From: Obrimoposthia wandeli
Lineage: Eukaryota
Assembly: GCA_977020255.1 (NCBI GenBank)
Contig: CDROCS010000506.1
Span: 2,170,001-2,234,000 of the forward strand
Direction of reading: 5' to 3'
Length of the DNA stretch: 64,000 nt
A program made the translations under genes and the position numbers. The notes under the pieces are model-generated. The model was not told where the DNA came from. It worked only from the letters and a program-made list of their open reading frames with translations, and ran no database searches. Position 1 is the stretch's first letter. Each line of letters starts with the position of its first letter. This document shows positions 1-9,671 of this stretch, in pieces.

Positions 1-91
1 GTCTTGGTTTTTAAGTTGTTGATAATAAATAACTAAGATAATAGTGTGATCTGTATCTTGTATTTTTTATGCAAAAAAATCGATTTATGTA

Positions 92-119
92 TTGCAGCAA
101 AATGGGATTTCTCTATAGT
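92..119 (+). promoter_or_regulatory. Putative sigma70 promoter of csrB copy 1
   Basis: TTGCAG (92-97), 16 bp spacer, TATAGT (114-119), immediately before the first GGA hairpin. Confidence 0.55.
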
Positions 120-125
120 AGGTAT

Positions 126-452
126 CCGTAAGGACGCAGACGTAGTTGGTAAGGATTACTAACTAGATATGGATTATCGAATAGGATTTACCACAGGATG
201 TGGTCGCAAGGAAAAGTCTTCAGGATGAAGATGCGATGGACACTCAACGGATTTGAGTTTAAGGACACCTCCAGGATGGAGAAGAAATAAATCGGATTGA
301 TTTATTGTACCAGGATGGTAATAAAAAAAACCCGATGGATTGGGAGTTAAACCTAAAGGACATTAGGTAAGTCAATTTGCAGGGAGCAAGATTAGCTCAA
401 GGATTGGGCTATAAGACTATTTAAGGACGGCATTTATGCCGTCCTTTTCTTT
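126..452 (+). ncRNA. csrB: CsrB/RsmB-family sRNA (CsrA sponge), copy 1; 5' end approximate
   Basis: About 20 GGA motifs, many in hairpin loops (ccaca-GGA-tgtgg, tcttca-GGA-tgaaga, ctcca-GGA-tggag, tacca-GGA-tggta); no ORF; ends in an intrinsic terminator. Confidence 0.9.
423..452 (+). terminator. Intrinsic terminator of csrB copy 1
   Basis: aaggacggca-ttta-tgccgtcctt followed by a T-rich tail. Confidence 0.9.
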
Positions 453-767
453 ATCTGCTATTTTATTTCTCCCCTCTTCGACAAAGACCTATTCACACTA
501 TCATGCTGCTTTATTGAACAATATCTGTCTATAATGACGTACTTATTAGCATGCACTATTACGACGCTAGAGCTTATGTCTGTTAACCGATTCTTAATAT
601 TCGACTGCCATATCGTTAAATCTGTTTTCTCCTCGTTAAAACGCGATTACCCCGCTTAAAATAGCCATTATAACCCTGTGTTTTTATTTCAATTTAGTGA
701 TGGAATAGTGCTAGGTATGGGAACCATATTGGTAGTAACCTGATGCTAATTCGAGCAAGGGAACAAG

Positions 768-1427
768 ATGATGAAGACGACCGATAACACCTTTATTGAA
801 ACAGATTTTAGCGATCAAGATTTAGAATCGATGATCTTTACGCGCTGTGCTTTTTACCGTTGTGATTTTAATCATGCGCAATTAAGTGATGCTGAATTTA
901 TTGATTGCCAATTTTTTGAAGCGGGCAACCTGTCCGGTTGTCGATTTGATTACGCGGATTTGAAAGGCTGCAGTTTTAAAAATTGTGACTTAAATATGAG
1001 TCTGTTTACTGGTGCCGAATGTTTTGGTATTGAGTTTCGAGGTTGTAATCTACAAGGCGCAGATTTTAACCGAGCTAGCTTTGCTAATTATATCACTCAG
1101 AAAATCTTCTTTTGTTCTGCTTATATAAGCCAATGTAATTTGAGTTATGCCAACCTTGCGGATCAACGCCTCGAAAAGTGTGAGTTGTATGAAAACCGTT
1201 GGACCGGCTGTAATTTAGTTGGGGCATCATTACAGGGTTCAGATCTAAGCCGTGGCGAGTTCTCTCAAGAGAGTTGGTCACAGTTTAATCTGCAACATTG
1301 TAATTTAAGCCATGTAGACCTTACTGGTCTTGACCCTAGACAGGTTCATTTACAAGGGGTGACGATTTGTAGTTGGCAGCAGGAACAACTATTAGCGCCG
1401 TTTGGATTGATTATTGGTGGTGATTAA
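768..1427 (+). CDS. qnr: Qnr-family pentapeptide repeat protein (gyrase protection / quinolone resistance family)
   Basis: 219 aa of pentapeptide repeats with Qnr hallmarks (GC.F.YADL, CFGIEFR.CNLQGADF, loop B SFANYITQKIFFCSAYI, LEKCEL.ENRW, WQQEQLL). Confidence 0.9.
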   Translation: MMKTTDNTFIETDFSDQDLESMIFTRCAFYRCDFNHAQLSDAEFIDCQFFEAGNLSGCRFDYADLKGCSFKNCDLNMSLFTGAECFGIEFRGCNLQGADFNRASFANYITQKIFFCSAYISQCNLSYANLADQRLEKCELYENRWTGCNLVGASLQGSDLSRGEFSQESWSQFNLQHCNLSHVDLTGLDPRQVHLQGVTICSWQQEQLLAPFGLIIGGD

Positions 1428-1435
1428 TAACGCAG

Positions 1436-1451
1436 AGTGATCATGATCACA
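1436..1451. promoter_or_regulatory. CRP-like site upstream of csrB copy 2
   Basis: AGTGA-tcatga-TCACA, 9/10 to TGTGA-N6-TCACA. Confidence 0.5.
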
Positions 1452-1509
1452 TATTTATTGCTGCTATTACTGGTTCAATAAGCACGGTATTTATAAGCTG
1501 CTTTTTGCG

Positions 1510-1527
1510 TGTAAGAGATCGACCATT
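1510..1527. promoter_or_regulatory. Putative UvrY/GacA/VarA upstream activating box
   Basis: TGTAAGAGATC matches the first 11 nt of the csrB-type box TGTAAGAGATCTCTCACA, about 200 bp upstream of the sRNA; the second half is degenerate. Confidence 0.55.
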
Positions 1528-1719
1528 CAAACCTGTAGATAAAGTACTTATATTCAAGTGTGATCCTCGGGTATGAATGTTTTTATTTCTTGGTATACAA
1601 GGCTTACAGCCTATTCTCACGGTATTTTTAGCGATTCACACTGCAAAATTAGTGTTCTAGCACTAATTAAATTTGTTTTTTATCGCTATTTATTGTTTTT
1701 AGATTTGTTATATTTGTTT

Positions 1720-2036
1720 CCAGAGACGCAGGAAGCTCATCAGGATGATGACTTGGCTCTCTACTGAAACCGCAAGGATGTGGTGGATTACAAGGATAGC
1801 ACTCACGGATTTAGAGTGAATAAAGGACACCTCCAGGACGGAGATGAGAAACAGGTTAGGATGACTTGTTAGGCTAGGATTGCCAAAGGAACAACTCAAA
1901 GGATTGGGGAAAAGTAAATCACCTAACGGATTAGGTAAAAACGTCTAAGTGCAGGGAGCACAATAAGTTCAAGGATATGAGCTATTACGACAACGTAAAA
2001 AGGCCGCATTAGTTATCTAGTGCGGCCTTTTTCTTT
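1720..2036 (+). ncRNA. csrB: CsrB/RsmB-family sRNA, copy 2; 5' end approximate
   Basis: About 17 GGA motifs in hairpin loops, collinear with copy 1 (shared aaggacacctccagga, gcagggagca); ends in a terminator. Confidence 0.9.
1997..2036 (+). terminator. Intrinsic terminator of csrB copy 2
   Basis: aaaaaggccgca...tgcggccttttt followed by ctttg. Confidence 0.85.
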
Positions 2037-2116
2037 GCCTAAAATTTAGTGATTGTAGCGATTAAATTACTAAAATAGAGCAAAAACAATAATATAAGCA
2101 GTGGTGTCACTGAAAT

Positions 2117-2155
2117 CATACCAAGGATGTAAATCTTATTCACGGCCTTGGTATG
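2117..2155. repeat. Short intergenic palindrome with CCAAG...CTTGG arms
   Basis: cataccaagg-N19-ccttggtatg, perfect 10-bp arms. Confidence 0.6.
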
Positions 2156-2164
2156 GACTTCACC

Positions 2165-2476
2165 TTAAAAGCTAACGTCTTCACCGCCCTGATTTTTAAC
2201 CGCTTCAGTCAACACTACAGATAATGACTGCTGCGTACGATTATCTATCCAGGTATCATTAATTAAAGCAAAATGATGGCCATTGGCTTTCGTTGCTACC
2301 CAAAGCTGATGTAATGGTGCTTGTTTGTTCAAAATGATTTGCGAACCATCACGGCAGTATAAAGTCAAAATACTGTTGCTGTTTTCATAATCGAGCTCAA
2401 CATCACTGTCATCAATGATCTCTTCAAAGCTAATTAATAGTTCATCTACTTGTTCGTGGAATTCTGAATCAGTCAT
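2165..2476 (-). CDS. cyaY: Iron donor protein CyaY (frataxin family)
   Basis: MTDSEFH start, IILNKQ.PLHQLW.ATK..G.HF motif; usual position divergent from the lysA-dapF operon. Confidence 0.95.
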   Translation of the reverse strand: MTDSEFHEQVDELLISFEEIIDDSDVELDYENSNSILTLYCRDGSQIILNKQAPLHQLWVATKANGHHFALINDTWIDNRTQQSLSVVLTEAVKNQGGEDVSF

Positions 2477-2552
2477 TTTTTATTAATCCTATTGCTTTTA
2501 ATTTTGTCAGTGCGATTATAAGGGATAGAATTAATTTATCATTGAGTCGGTT

Positions 2553-2750
2553 ATGAGCCAAGCAAGAAAAACAACATTTATCACATTAGCCTTTCTATTT
2601 GGTGCTAGCTTACTGAGTGGTTGTGGTATTTCAGGTCCTTTATATGCACCTGGAACTGGACCTGATGCAGGTAAAGCTAAGCCAAAAAAAGCTGAAACAA
2701 GTGTTGTTAGTAATACTGAAAGTGAAACGCCAAACGCGGCAATTGAATAA
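2553..2750 (+). CDS. lptM: Small lipoprotein, LptM/YifL family
   Basis: Lipobox LLSGC followed by G..GPLY.P; lies before lysA/dapF. Confidence 0.8.
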   Translation: MSQARKTTFITLAFLFGASLLSGCGISGPLYAPGTGPDAGKAKPKKAETSVVSNTESETPNAAIE

Positions 2751-2816
2751 ACAAACATTGTTGTATAATCGACAATGAATGGATGTGTTTACGAATTATA
2801 GAAAAGGAATAGAGCA

Positions 2817-4073
2817 TTGGATTACTTTAATTATCAGGATGATGGCCAGTTATTTGCAGAACAGTGTGCAATTGCAGACGTTGCAGAAAAATTTGGTACG
2901 CCAACGTACGTATATAGCCGAGCGACAATTGAACGCCATTGGCATGCATTTAATGATGCTGCTGGTGAGCATCCGCATTTGGTTTGTTATGCGGTAAAGG
3001 CTAATTCGAATATTGCAGTGCTTAACGTGATGGCGCGTTTAGGTTCAGGTTTTGATATTGTTTCTGGTGGAGAGTTATTACGCGTTATAGCGGCCGGTGG
3101 TGATCCAAGTAAGATTGTATTTTCTGGTGTTGGTAAAACAGTCGCTGAAATTAATTTAGCACTCGATCATCAAATCCATTGTTTTAATGTTGAATCTACA
3201 TCTGAGTTAGAACGCATTAATGAAATTGCGATAAGCCGAGGTGTACAAGCGCCAATATCTATCCGCGTAAATCCGAATATTGATGCTGGTACGCACCCGT
3301 ATATTTCAACTGGTTTAAAAGAAAATAAATTCGGTATCGATATCGATCTTGCTGAAGGTGTTTACCAAGCGGCTAGCAAAATGCCCGGTATTAAATTAAA
3401 CGGCGTTGATTGTCATATTGGTTCTCAGTTAACTGAGCTTTCACCGTTTTTAGAAGCTGTAGATAAGTTATTGGTATTAATTGATAAACTGTCAGCACAA
3501 GGCATCGTGCTTGCACACCTAGATGTTGGCGGCGGTTTAGGCGTTCCTTATGAAGGCGAAACCCCACCATTACCAGCAGAGTATGCTCAGGCATTAAAAG
3601 ATAAGTTAGCGGGTCGCAAACTGGCGCTTATTTTTGAACCTGGTCGTGCGATCATGGCGAATGCCGGTATTTTGGTGAGTAAAGTTGAATATATTAAACT
3701 TACTGAACATAAAAACTTTGCTATCGTTGATGCGGCGATGAATGATCTGATTCGTCCAGCGTTATACAGCGCATGGCAAGCCATTGCTCCGGTGAATAAA
3801 TCATTAGTGCGTGAATCTCGCAACTATGATGTTGTTGGTCCTATTTGTGAGACCGGCGATTTCTTAGGTAAGAACCGTGATTTAACCATCGCTATGGATG
3901 ACTATATTGTTGTACGTTCTGCCGGTGCTTATGGTTCAACCATGAGTTCTAACTATAATTCGCGTAGTCGTCCTGCCGAAGTGATGGTTGATGGTGATGT
4001 CGCACATTTGATCCGCCGCCGAGAAGAACTGGCTGAGATCTGGAAAGACGAAACGATTTTACCTGCACAGTAA
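2817..4073 (+). CDS. lysA: Diaminopimelate decarboxylase
   Basis: YAVKANSN (PLP lysine), HIGSQ, EPGR, GP.CETGD motifs. Confidence 0.97.
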   Translation: MDYFNYQDDGQLFAEQCAIADVAEKFGTPTYVYSRATIERHWHAFNDAAGEHPHLVCYAVKANSNIAVLNVMARLGSGFDIVSGGELLRVIAAGGDPSKIVFSGVGKTVAEINLALDHQIHCFNVESTSELERINEIAISRGVQAPISIRVNPNIDAGTHPYISTGLKENKFGIDIDLAEGVYQAASKMPGIKLNGVDCHIGSQLTELSPFLEAVDKLLVLIDKLSAQGIVLAHLDVGGGLGVPYEGETPPLPAEYAQALKDKLAGRKLALIFEPGRAIMANAGILVSKVEYIKLTEHKNFAIVDAAMNDLIRPALYSAWQAIAPVNKSLVRESRNYDVVGPICETGDFLGKNRDLTIAMDDYIVVRSAGAYGSTMSSNYNSRSRPAEVMVDGDVAHLIRRREELAEIWKDETILPAQ

Positions 4074-4131
4074 TAGTTTACCTGCGTAACAATAGTTTAC
4101 CTACTGAATGAAATAAGGGTTACAGGTTCAT

Positions 4132-4962
4132 ATGTTTATACAGTTTTCCAAGATGCACGGTTTGGGTAATGATTTCATGGTTGTTGACTGTGTGACCCAA
4201 AATGTATTCTTTAATAATGACAATATCCGTCGTTTGGCGGATAGAAATACCGGTATTGGCTTTGATCAACTGTTGGTGGTCGAAGCGCCTTATGATCCTG
4301 ACCTTGATTTTCACTATCGTATTTTTAATGCTGATGGCAGTGAAGTAGAGCAGTGTGGCAATGGTGCGCGCTGTTTTGCTAGTTTCGTACGTCATAAAGG
4401 CTTAACCAATAAAAGTAAAATAGCGGTAAGTACTAGCTCAGGTAAGATCTCGTTACAAGTGGAGTACGATGGTCAAATAACGGTGAATATGGGCGTGCCA
4501 GAATTAGCCCCTGATAAAATTCCCTTTCGGGCCAAGCAGCAAGAAAAAACCTATATTTTACGCGCATTAGATAGCACGGTATTTTGTGGGGCTGTGTCTG
4601 TGGGTAACCCGCATTGTGTGACGTTAGTCGATGATATCGAGTCGGCACCGTTGGCCGATCTTGGTCATGCGATCGCCCATCATGAACGTTTCCCTAACCG
4701 TGTAAATGCTGGCTTCATGCAGGTATTGTCACCGGAACATGCAAAATTACGCGTATACGAGCGTGGTGTTGGTGAAACGCAAGCGTGCGGTACTGGTGCT
4801 TGTGCGGCTGCGGTTGTCGGTCAATTACAGGGTAAACTGGGTCAAGATGTATGTATGGAACTGCCTGGCGGTAAATTACAAATAGCATGGCGAGGTCCAG
4901 GTACTCCGGTATTTATGACGGGTCCTGCTACTTTGGTATACGATGGACAAATAAATATATGA
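4132..4962 (+). CDS. dapF: Diaminopimelate epimerase
   Basis: [40 protein letters not shown]. Confidence 0.97.
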   Translation: MFIQFSKMHGLGNDFMVVDCVTQNVFFNNDNIRRLADRNTGIGFDQLLVVEAPYDPDLDFHYRIFNADGSEVEQCGNGARCFASFVRHKGLTNKSKIAVSTSSGKISLQVEYDGQITVNMGVPELAPDKIPFRAKQQEKTYILRALDSTVFCGAVSVGNPHCVTLVDDIESAPLADLGHAIAHHERFPNRVNAGFMQVLSPEHAKLRVYERGVGETQACGTGACAAAVVGQLQGKLGQDVCMELPGGKLQIAWRGPGTPVFMTGPATLVYDGQINI

Positions 4963-5684
4963 TCGATGTTTCTGCGTCGGTATTAAATGTGGAACTGCCT
5001 GCTATCTCAGAGCAAGATGTCATTGCTTTTTTGCAGGCTGAACCGGATTTTTTTGTCCGTAATAATGACTTAGTTGATTCTCTGCCTATATCACATGGTG
5101 CACAAGGCAGTGTGTCTTTAGTTACCTTACGTTTAGAGCGTCAACGCCAACGTATTGCCGATTTAGAACTGCAGTTACAACAGTTAGTCGCGATTGCTGC
5201 CGATAACGATAAGTTATTTCGTATCTATGCAGATATTTATACGGCCTTGTTTAATTGCACTTCGGTGATGCAAATGCAGCGTATTTTAGTCAATGAGATC
5301 CAATCTCAGTTGCCTTTAGCCGCGGTAAACTTACATTTGAATGAAGCTTATTTTCACCTTAAATCGCAATATTTACCTTTAGCTATTTCGGCTGGACAAT
5401 TAATTCGTATTCGTCAGCAACAATTTGCCGGTGGTGATCATTACTTTGGCCCTGTGACTGGCGTGGATAAACCATTACTGTTTGGTCAAGACGCTTTAGT
5501 TAACTCGGTCGCCTTAATGGCACTGGGTGAGCGTGGCGAATATGGTTTACTCGCTATCGGTAGTGCCAACGCCGATCATTACCAAGCGGGCATGGATAAC
5601 TTGCTGTTAGGTCAACTTTGCCGCATTATCTCTACCCTGTTACCGCAACTGATGCCTTTACGTGACAACGCCATCAAAAAATAA
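4959..5684 (+). CDS. yigA: DUF484/YigA-family protein; likely start 4959 overlapping the dapF stop
   Basis: V..FL...PDFF, G.VSL...LER.R.R..LE; conserved position between dapF and xerC. Confidence 0.8.
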   Translation: MIDVSASVLNVELPAISEQDVIAFLQAEPDFFVRNNDLVDSLPISHGAQGSVSLVTLRLERQRQRIADLELQLQQLVAIAADNDKLFRIYADIYTALFNCTSVMQMQRILVNEIQSQLPLAAVNLHLNEAYFHLKSQYLPLAISAGQLIRIRQQQFAGGDHYFGPVTGVDKPLLFGQDALVNSVALMALGERGEYGLLAIGSANADHYQAGMDNLLLGQLCRIISTLLPQLMPLRDNAIKK

Positions 5685-6666
5685 TATCGCTGCAGGGAAT
5701 AACCTACCTGCACGATCTGATCTACCGACACAATGCGATCTACCTGCACAATTGCTGAAACCAATTGAACGGTTCTTACGTTATATCACCAGTGAGCGAC
5801 AATTGAGTCTGCATACTGCGCGTAACTATCGTCGCCACCTGACCTTATTCGCCGAGCAAATGCTGACATTTCCGCTCTCGGAATGGCGTGAGCTTGATGC
5901 ATCGCAAGTACGTAAGTTAGCGACCTTAAATCATAAATTGGGTTTATCGCCGCGCAGCCTAGCCACTAAATTATCTGCCTTGCGTAGTTTCTGTGATTAC
6001 TTGGTGCTGCAAGGTGACTTGAGTGCCAATCCAGCCAAAGGCGTATCGGCACCTCGACAGCATAAATCATTACCCAAAAATCTGGATGTTGATGAAATTA
6101 ATCAATTACTCGCGGTATCCAATGCGGAAGAAAAAGACACTCCGTTTTTAGTACTGCGTGATAAAGCCATGATGGAATTAATGTATTCGGCAGGTTTACG
6201 GTTAGATGAACTAGTTAACTTAGATTTAAAAGATGTGAAACTAAGTGATAAAACCATGCGCGTGATTGGTAAAGGTGATAAACAGCGCCAATTACCCATT
6301 GGCAGTGTGGCCATCACCGCATTAAAAGCCTGGCTAAAAGTACGTAGTGAATATGCTGATAGCGCGCAACCGGCATTATTTGTCAGTCAATTGCGCCGTC
6401 GGATCTCACATCGCAGTGTGCAAAGTCGTATGGCGAAGTGGGGGCAACAGCAAACACTGACTAGTCATGTGCATCCGCATAAATTACGTCATTCATTTGC
6501 TACCCATATGCTTGAATCAAGTGGTGATTTACGTGCCGTACAAGAATTATTAGGGCATGTTAATATCAGTACTACGCAGATCTACACCAGCTTAGATTTT
6601 CAACATCTGGCTAAAGTGTATGATGCGGCTCACCCTCGGGCAAAGAAAAAAAACAGAGAGGATTGA
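5662..6666 (+). CDS. xerC: Tyrosine recombinase XerC
   Basis: [21 protein letters not shown]...[17 protein letters not shown]; dapF-yigA-xerC-yigB synteny. Confidence 0.95.
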   Translation: MTTPSKNNIAAGNNLPARSDLPTQCDLPAQLLKPIERFLRYITSERQLSLHTARNYRRHLTLFAEQMLTFPLSEWRELDASQVRKLATLNHKLGLSPRSLATKLSALRSFCDYLVLQGDLSANPAKGVSAPRQHKSLPKNLDVDEINQLLAVSNAEEKDTPFLVLRDKAMMELMYSAGLRLDELVNLDLKDVKLSDKTMRVIGKGDKQRQLPIGSVAITALKAWLKVRSEYADSAQPALFVSQLRRRISHRSVQSRMAKWGQQQTLTSHVHPHKLRHSFATHMLESSGDLRAVQELLGHVNISTTQIYTSLDFQHLAKVYDAAHPRAKKKNRED

Positions 6667-7382
6667 TGAAATTCTATCGACGATTACAGCAGATTAAAGC
6701 CATGAGCTTCGATCTTGACGATACCTTATATGATAATGGCCCCGTGGTGCGACGAGCTGAAGCTTGGATGCACATGCATTTACGCAGTCAATATCCACAC
6801 ATTCGGCATCTAGATGATAATGCCTGGGCGCAGCTAAAACGCCACGTGATACATCAGCAACCGAGTCTGATCCATGATGTCAGTGCGATGCGTATTGCTT
6901 GTTTAACCGCGTTGTTTTTACGTCATGATTATAGTGAACAGGACGCTCGTTCTGTCGCAGAAGTCATTTTTAAGCAAGTACTGGCTGTACGCAGTGACTT
7001 TGTCGTACCAGAAAAGACCTTTGCGGTGCTATCTGAATTAGCGAGTAAAATCCCGTTAATTGCAGTAACCAATGGCAATGTTGATACCGATAAAATTGGC
7101 CTAACGCCATTTTTTACTGCGGTAATAAAACCGGGTAATGGCTTGAGAATGAAACCCTATCCGGATTTGTTTACGCTCGCAGCAGAAACATTAGCATTAC
7201 CACCGCAACATATTCTCCATGTTGGTGATCACCTTAAGTCTGATGTGGCTGGTGCAATCAGCAATGGTTTCATGTCAGCTTGGTTTAATGATCAACAACA
7301 ATCGTTAATGACGAGTAACAGAAGCAGTCATTTACCCGATATTGAAATAACGCACTTGGATGAATTAACAAGCCTGTTATAA
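6663..7382 (+). CDS. yigB: HAD-superfamily phosphatase YigB
   Basis: [23 protein letters not shown]...DV.GA. Confidence 0.85.
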   Translation: MMKFYRRLQQIKAMSFDLDDTLYDNGPVVRRAEAWMHMHLRSQYPHIRHLDDNAWAQLKRHVIHQQPSLIHDVSAMRIACLTALFLRHDYSEQDARSVAEVIFKQVLAVRSDFVVPEKTFAVLSELASKIPLIAVTNGNVDTDKIGLTPFFTAVIKPGNGLRMKPYPDLFTLAAETLALPPQHILHVGDHLKSDVAGAISNGFMSAWFNDQQQSLMTSNRSSHLPDIEITHLDELTSLL

Positions 7383-7395
7383 TCCTTTTATTCTA

Positions 7396-7411
7396 CTGAT
7401 TAAATATACAG
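7396..7411. promoter_or_regulatory. LexA (SOS) box upstream of uvrD
   Basis: CTG-attaaatata-CAG, 17 bp before the uvrD start. Confidence 0.8.
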
Positions 7412-7428
7412 TCTAAGGTGACTAAATT

Positions 7429-9597
7429 ATGGATGTATCTCTCTTACTGGACGGCCTCAATGATGAGCAGCGTAATGCCGTTGCGGCCCCACCATCAAGC
7501 ATGCTGGTTTTAGCTGGCGCAGGTAGTGGCAAAACCCGAGTATTGGTACATCGCTTAGCTTGGTTGATGCAGGTGGAAGACTGCTCACCTTATTCTTTAT
7601 TAGCAGTAACCTTTACCAATAAAGCCGCCGCAGAAATGCGTGGCCGTGTTGATAAGCTATTAAAAGGCCGTCAGCAAGGCATGTGGATTGGTACCTTCCA
7701 TGGTATCGCTCATCGTCTATTACGCGCCCATCATTTGGATGCGGGTTTGCCCGCTGAATTTCAAATTATCGACAGTGACGATCAACTGCGTTTATTAAAA
7801 CGTTTGATCAAAGCCATGAATTTGGATGAAAAACAGTGGCCAGCAAAACAGGCAATGTGGTACATCGGCGGTAAAAAAGACGAAGGTCTGCGCCCTGAAC
7901 ATTTACAGGCCTACGATCCAATTGAACGTACCTGGATCAAGATTTATCAAGCTTATCAAGAATCTTGTGATCGTGCTGGTTTAGTCGATTTCGGTGAGCT
8001 GTTATTACGATCACATGAACTTTGGTTGAACAAACCACATATTTTAGCCCATTACCAAGATCGTTTTTCTAACATCCTAGTCGACGAATTCCAAGATACC
8101 AATAACATCCAATATGCGTGGTTACGTATGTTAACGGGTGATCGCGGTAACTTGATGATCGTGGGTGATGATGATCAGTCTATTTACGGCTGGCGTGGCG
8201 CACAAGTGGCAAATATCCAACGCTTCTTAACTGATTTTAAAGGTTCAAAAACCATTAAGTTGGAACAAAACTACCGTTCTAGCAGTAATATTTTGAATGC
8301 CGCCAATGCGCTGATTGTGAATAATAGCGAGCGTATGGGCAAAGAATTATGGACCGAAGATAAAGAAGGCGAGCCGATTTCCTTGTATGCGTCATTCAAT
8401 GAAGTCGATGAAGCACGTTTTGTCGTTGGCCGCATTAAAGAATGGCAAGATAAAGGCGGCTCACTCAGTGATTGCGCGATCTTATACCGCAGCAATGCCC
8501 AGTCTCGCGTTGTGGAAGATGCGTTATTACAAGAACAACTCGCTTATCGTATCTATGGTGGACTGCGTTTCTTCGCGCGTCTTGAAGTGAAAGATGCGAT
8601 GGCTTATATGCGTTTGAAGAATAACCGTGACGATGACGCGGCATTCGAACGTATCGTTAATAAACCTACCCGTGGTATTGGTGATCGTGCATTGTCATTA
8701 TTACGAGATGCGAGTCGTGAACAGGGCTCAACCTTGTGGCAAGCCGCGATCTATTTACTCGATAACAATTTGATTGCCGGTCGCGCAGCAAGTTCGATCC
8801 GTAAGTTTGTTGAGCTGATCACCGAACTGGATAACGATGTTGCTGAGTTAGCGCTACATGAACAAATCGATCATGTGGTGTTATATTCAGGTTTGAAATC
8901 TATGTATCAACTGGAAAAAGGCGAGAAAGCCCAATCCCGTATTGAGAACTTAGAGGAACTCGTTTCTGCTGCTCGTGGTTTTAAAATTCCGGATGACAGT
9001 GAAGAAATGACCGAGCTATCGGCATTCTTAGCGTTTGCGGTATTAGAATCTGCAGAAGGCCAAGCGGATGAATTTGAAGATGCTGTGCAATTGATGACAT
9101 TACACTCGGCGAAAGGTCTGGAGTTCCCAGTTGTCTTCATGGTAGGTGTTGAAGAGGGGATGTTCCCAAGCCAACAATCGACTGAAGAATCAGGGCGTAT
9201 GGAAGAAGAACGTCGTCTTTGTTATGTCGGTATTACCCGCGCCATGAAGAAGCTCTATATCAGTTATGCTGAGTCACGTCGTTTATACGGTAAAGAGATG
9301 AATCACCGTCCATCACGCTTCATTCGTGAAATACCTGAAAAGTACATTGAAGAGATCCGCTTAAAAACTCAGATCCGCCAACCAACGCAGTTTGGCCGCT
9401 TTAGTGCTGGTTCTGAAAAAATGTCATTTGAGTCGACGGGTTATCAGTTAGGTCAACGCGTATTACACGCTAAATTTGGTGAAGGTATTGTGATGAACTA
9501 TGAAGGCAGTGGCCCGCAATGTCGCATTCAAATTGAGTTTGATCAACTCGGTAGCAAATGGTTGGTAGTATCTTATGCTAGATTGCAGGCTCTATAG
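7429..9597 (+). CDS. uvrD: DNA helicase II
   Basis: AGAGSGKT, DEFQDTN, VGDDDQSIYGWRGA, LEQNYRS, TLHSAKGLEF. Confidence 0.97.
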   Translation: MDVSLLLDGLNDEQRNAVAAPPSSMLVLAGAGSGKTRVLVHRLAWLMQVEDCSPYSLLAVTFTNKAAAEMRGRVDKLLKGRQQGMWIGTFHGIAHRLLRAHHLDAGLPAEFQIIDSDDQLRLLKRLIKAMNLDEKQWPAKQAMWYIGGKKDEGLRPEHLQAYDPIERTWIKIYQAYQESCDRAGLVDFGELLLRSHELWLNKPHILAHYQDRFSNILVDEFQDTNNIQYAWLRMLTGDRGNLMIVGDDDQSIYGWRGAQVANIQRFLTDFKGSKTIKLEQNYRSSSNILNAANALIVNNSERMGKELWTEDKEGEPISLYASFNEVDEARFVVGRIKEWQDKGGSLSDCAILYRSNAQSRVVEDALLQEQLAYRIYGGLRFFARLEVKDAMAYMRLKNNRDDDAAFERIVNKPTRGIGDRALSLLRDASREQGSTLWQAAIYLLDNNLIAGRAASSIRKFVELITELDNDVAELALHEQIDHVVLYSGLKSMYQLEKGEKAQSRIENLEELVSAARGFKIPDDSEEMTELSAFLAFAVLESAEGQADEFEDAVQLMTLHSAKGLEFPVVFMVGVEEGMFPSQQSTEESGRMEEERRLCYVGITRAMKKLYISYAESRRLYGKEMNHRPSRFIREIPEKYIEEIRLKTQIRQPTQFGRFSAGSEKMSFESTGYQLGQRVLHAKFGEGIVMNYEGSGPQCRIQIEFDQLGSKWLVVSYARLQAL

Positions 9598-9671
9598 TCA
9601 CATTCAACTTTTTGTAGTATAGTTGCGCGATTTTTTAGGATAGTATCACTGCATATTGCACGCTAACTTGG

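Noticed and set aside
576-659. 27-aa uORF MSVNRFLIFDCHIVKSVFSSLKRDYPA upstream of qnr
   Set aside because: Weak SD, no recognisable leader-peptide signature and no attenuator seen; cannot be supported without conservation data
768-1427. qnr as a mobile resistance cassette
   Set aside because: No attC site, integrase, IS ends or plasmid genes nearby; the context is core chromosome
126-2036. GGA-rich repeats as a CRISPR array or coding sequence (ORFs 1573-1767 and 1708-1899)
   Set aside because: No constant repeat with unique spacers and no cas genes; the GGA-loop hairpins plus terminators fit CsrB, so the overlapping ORFs are spurious
5662-6666. Tyrosine recombinase as a prophage or island integrase
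   Set aside because: Sequence and dapF-yigA-xerC-yigB-uvrD synteny identify housekeeping XerC
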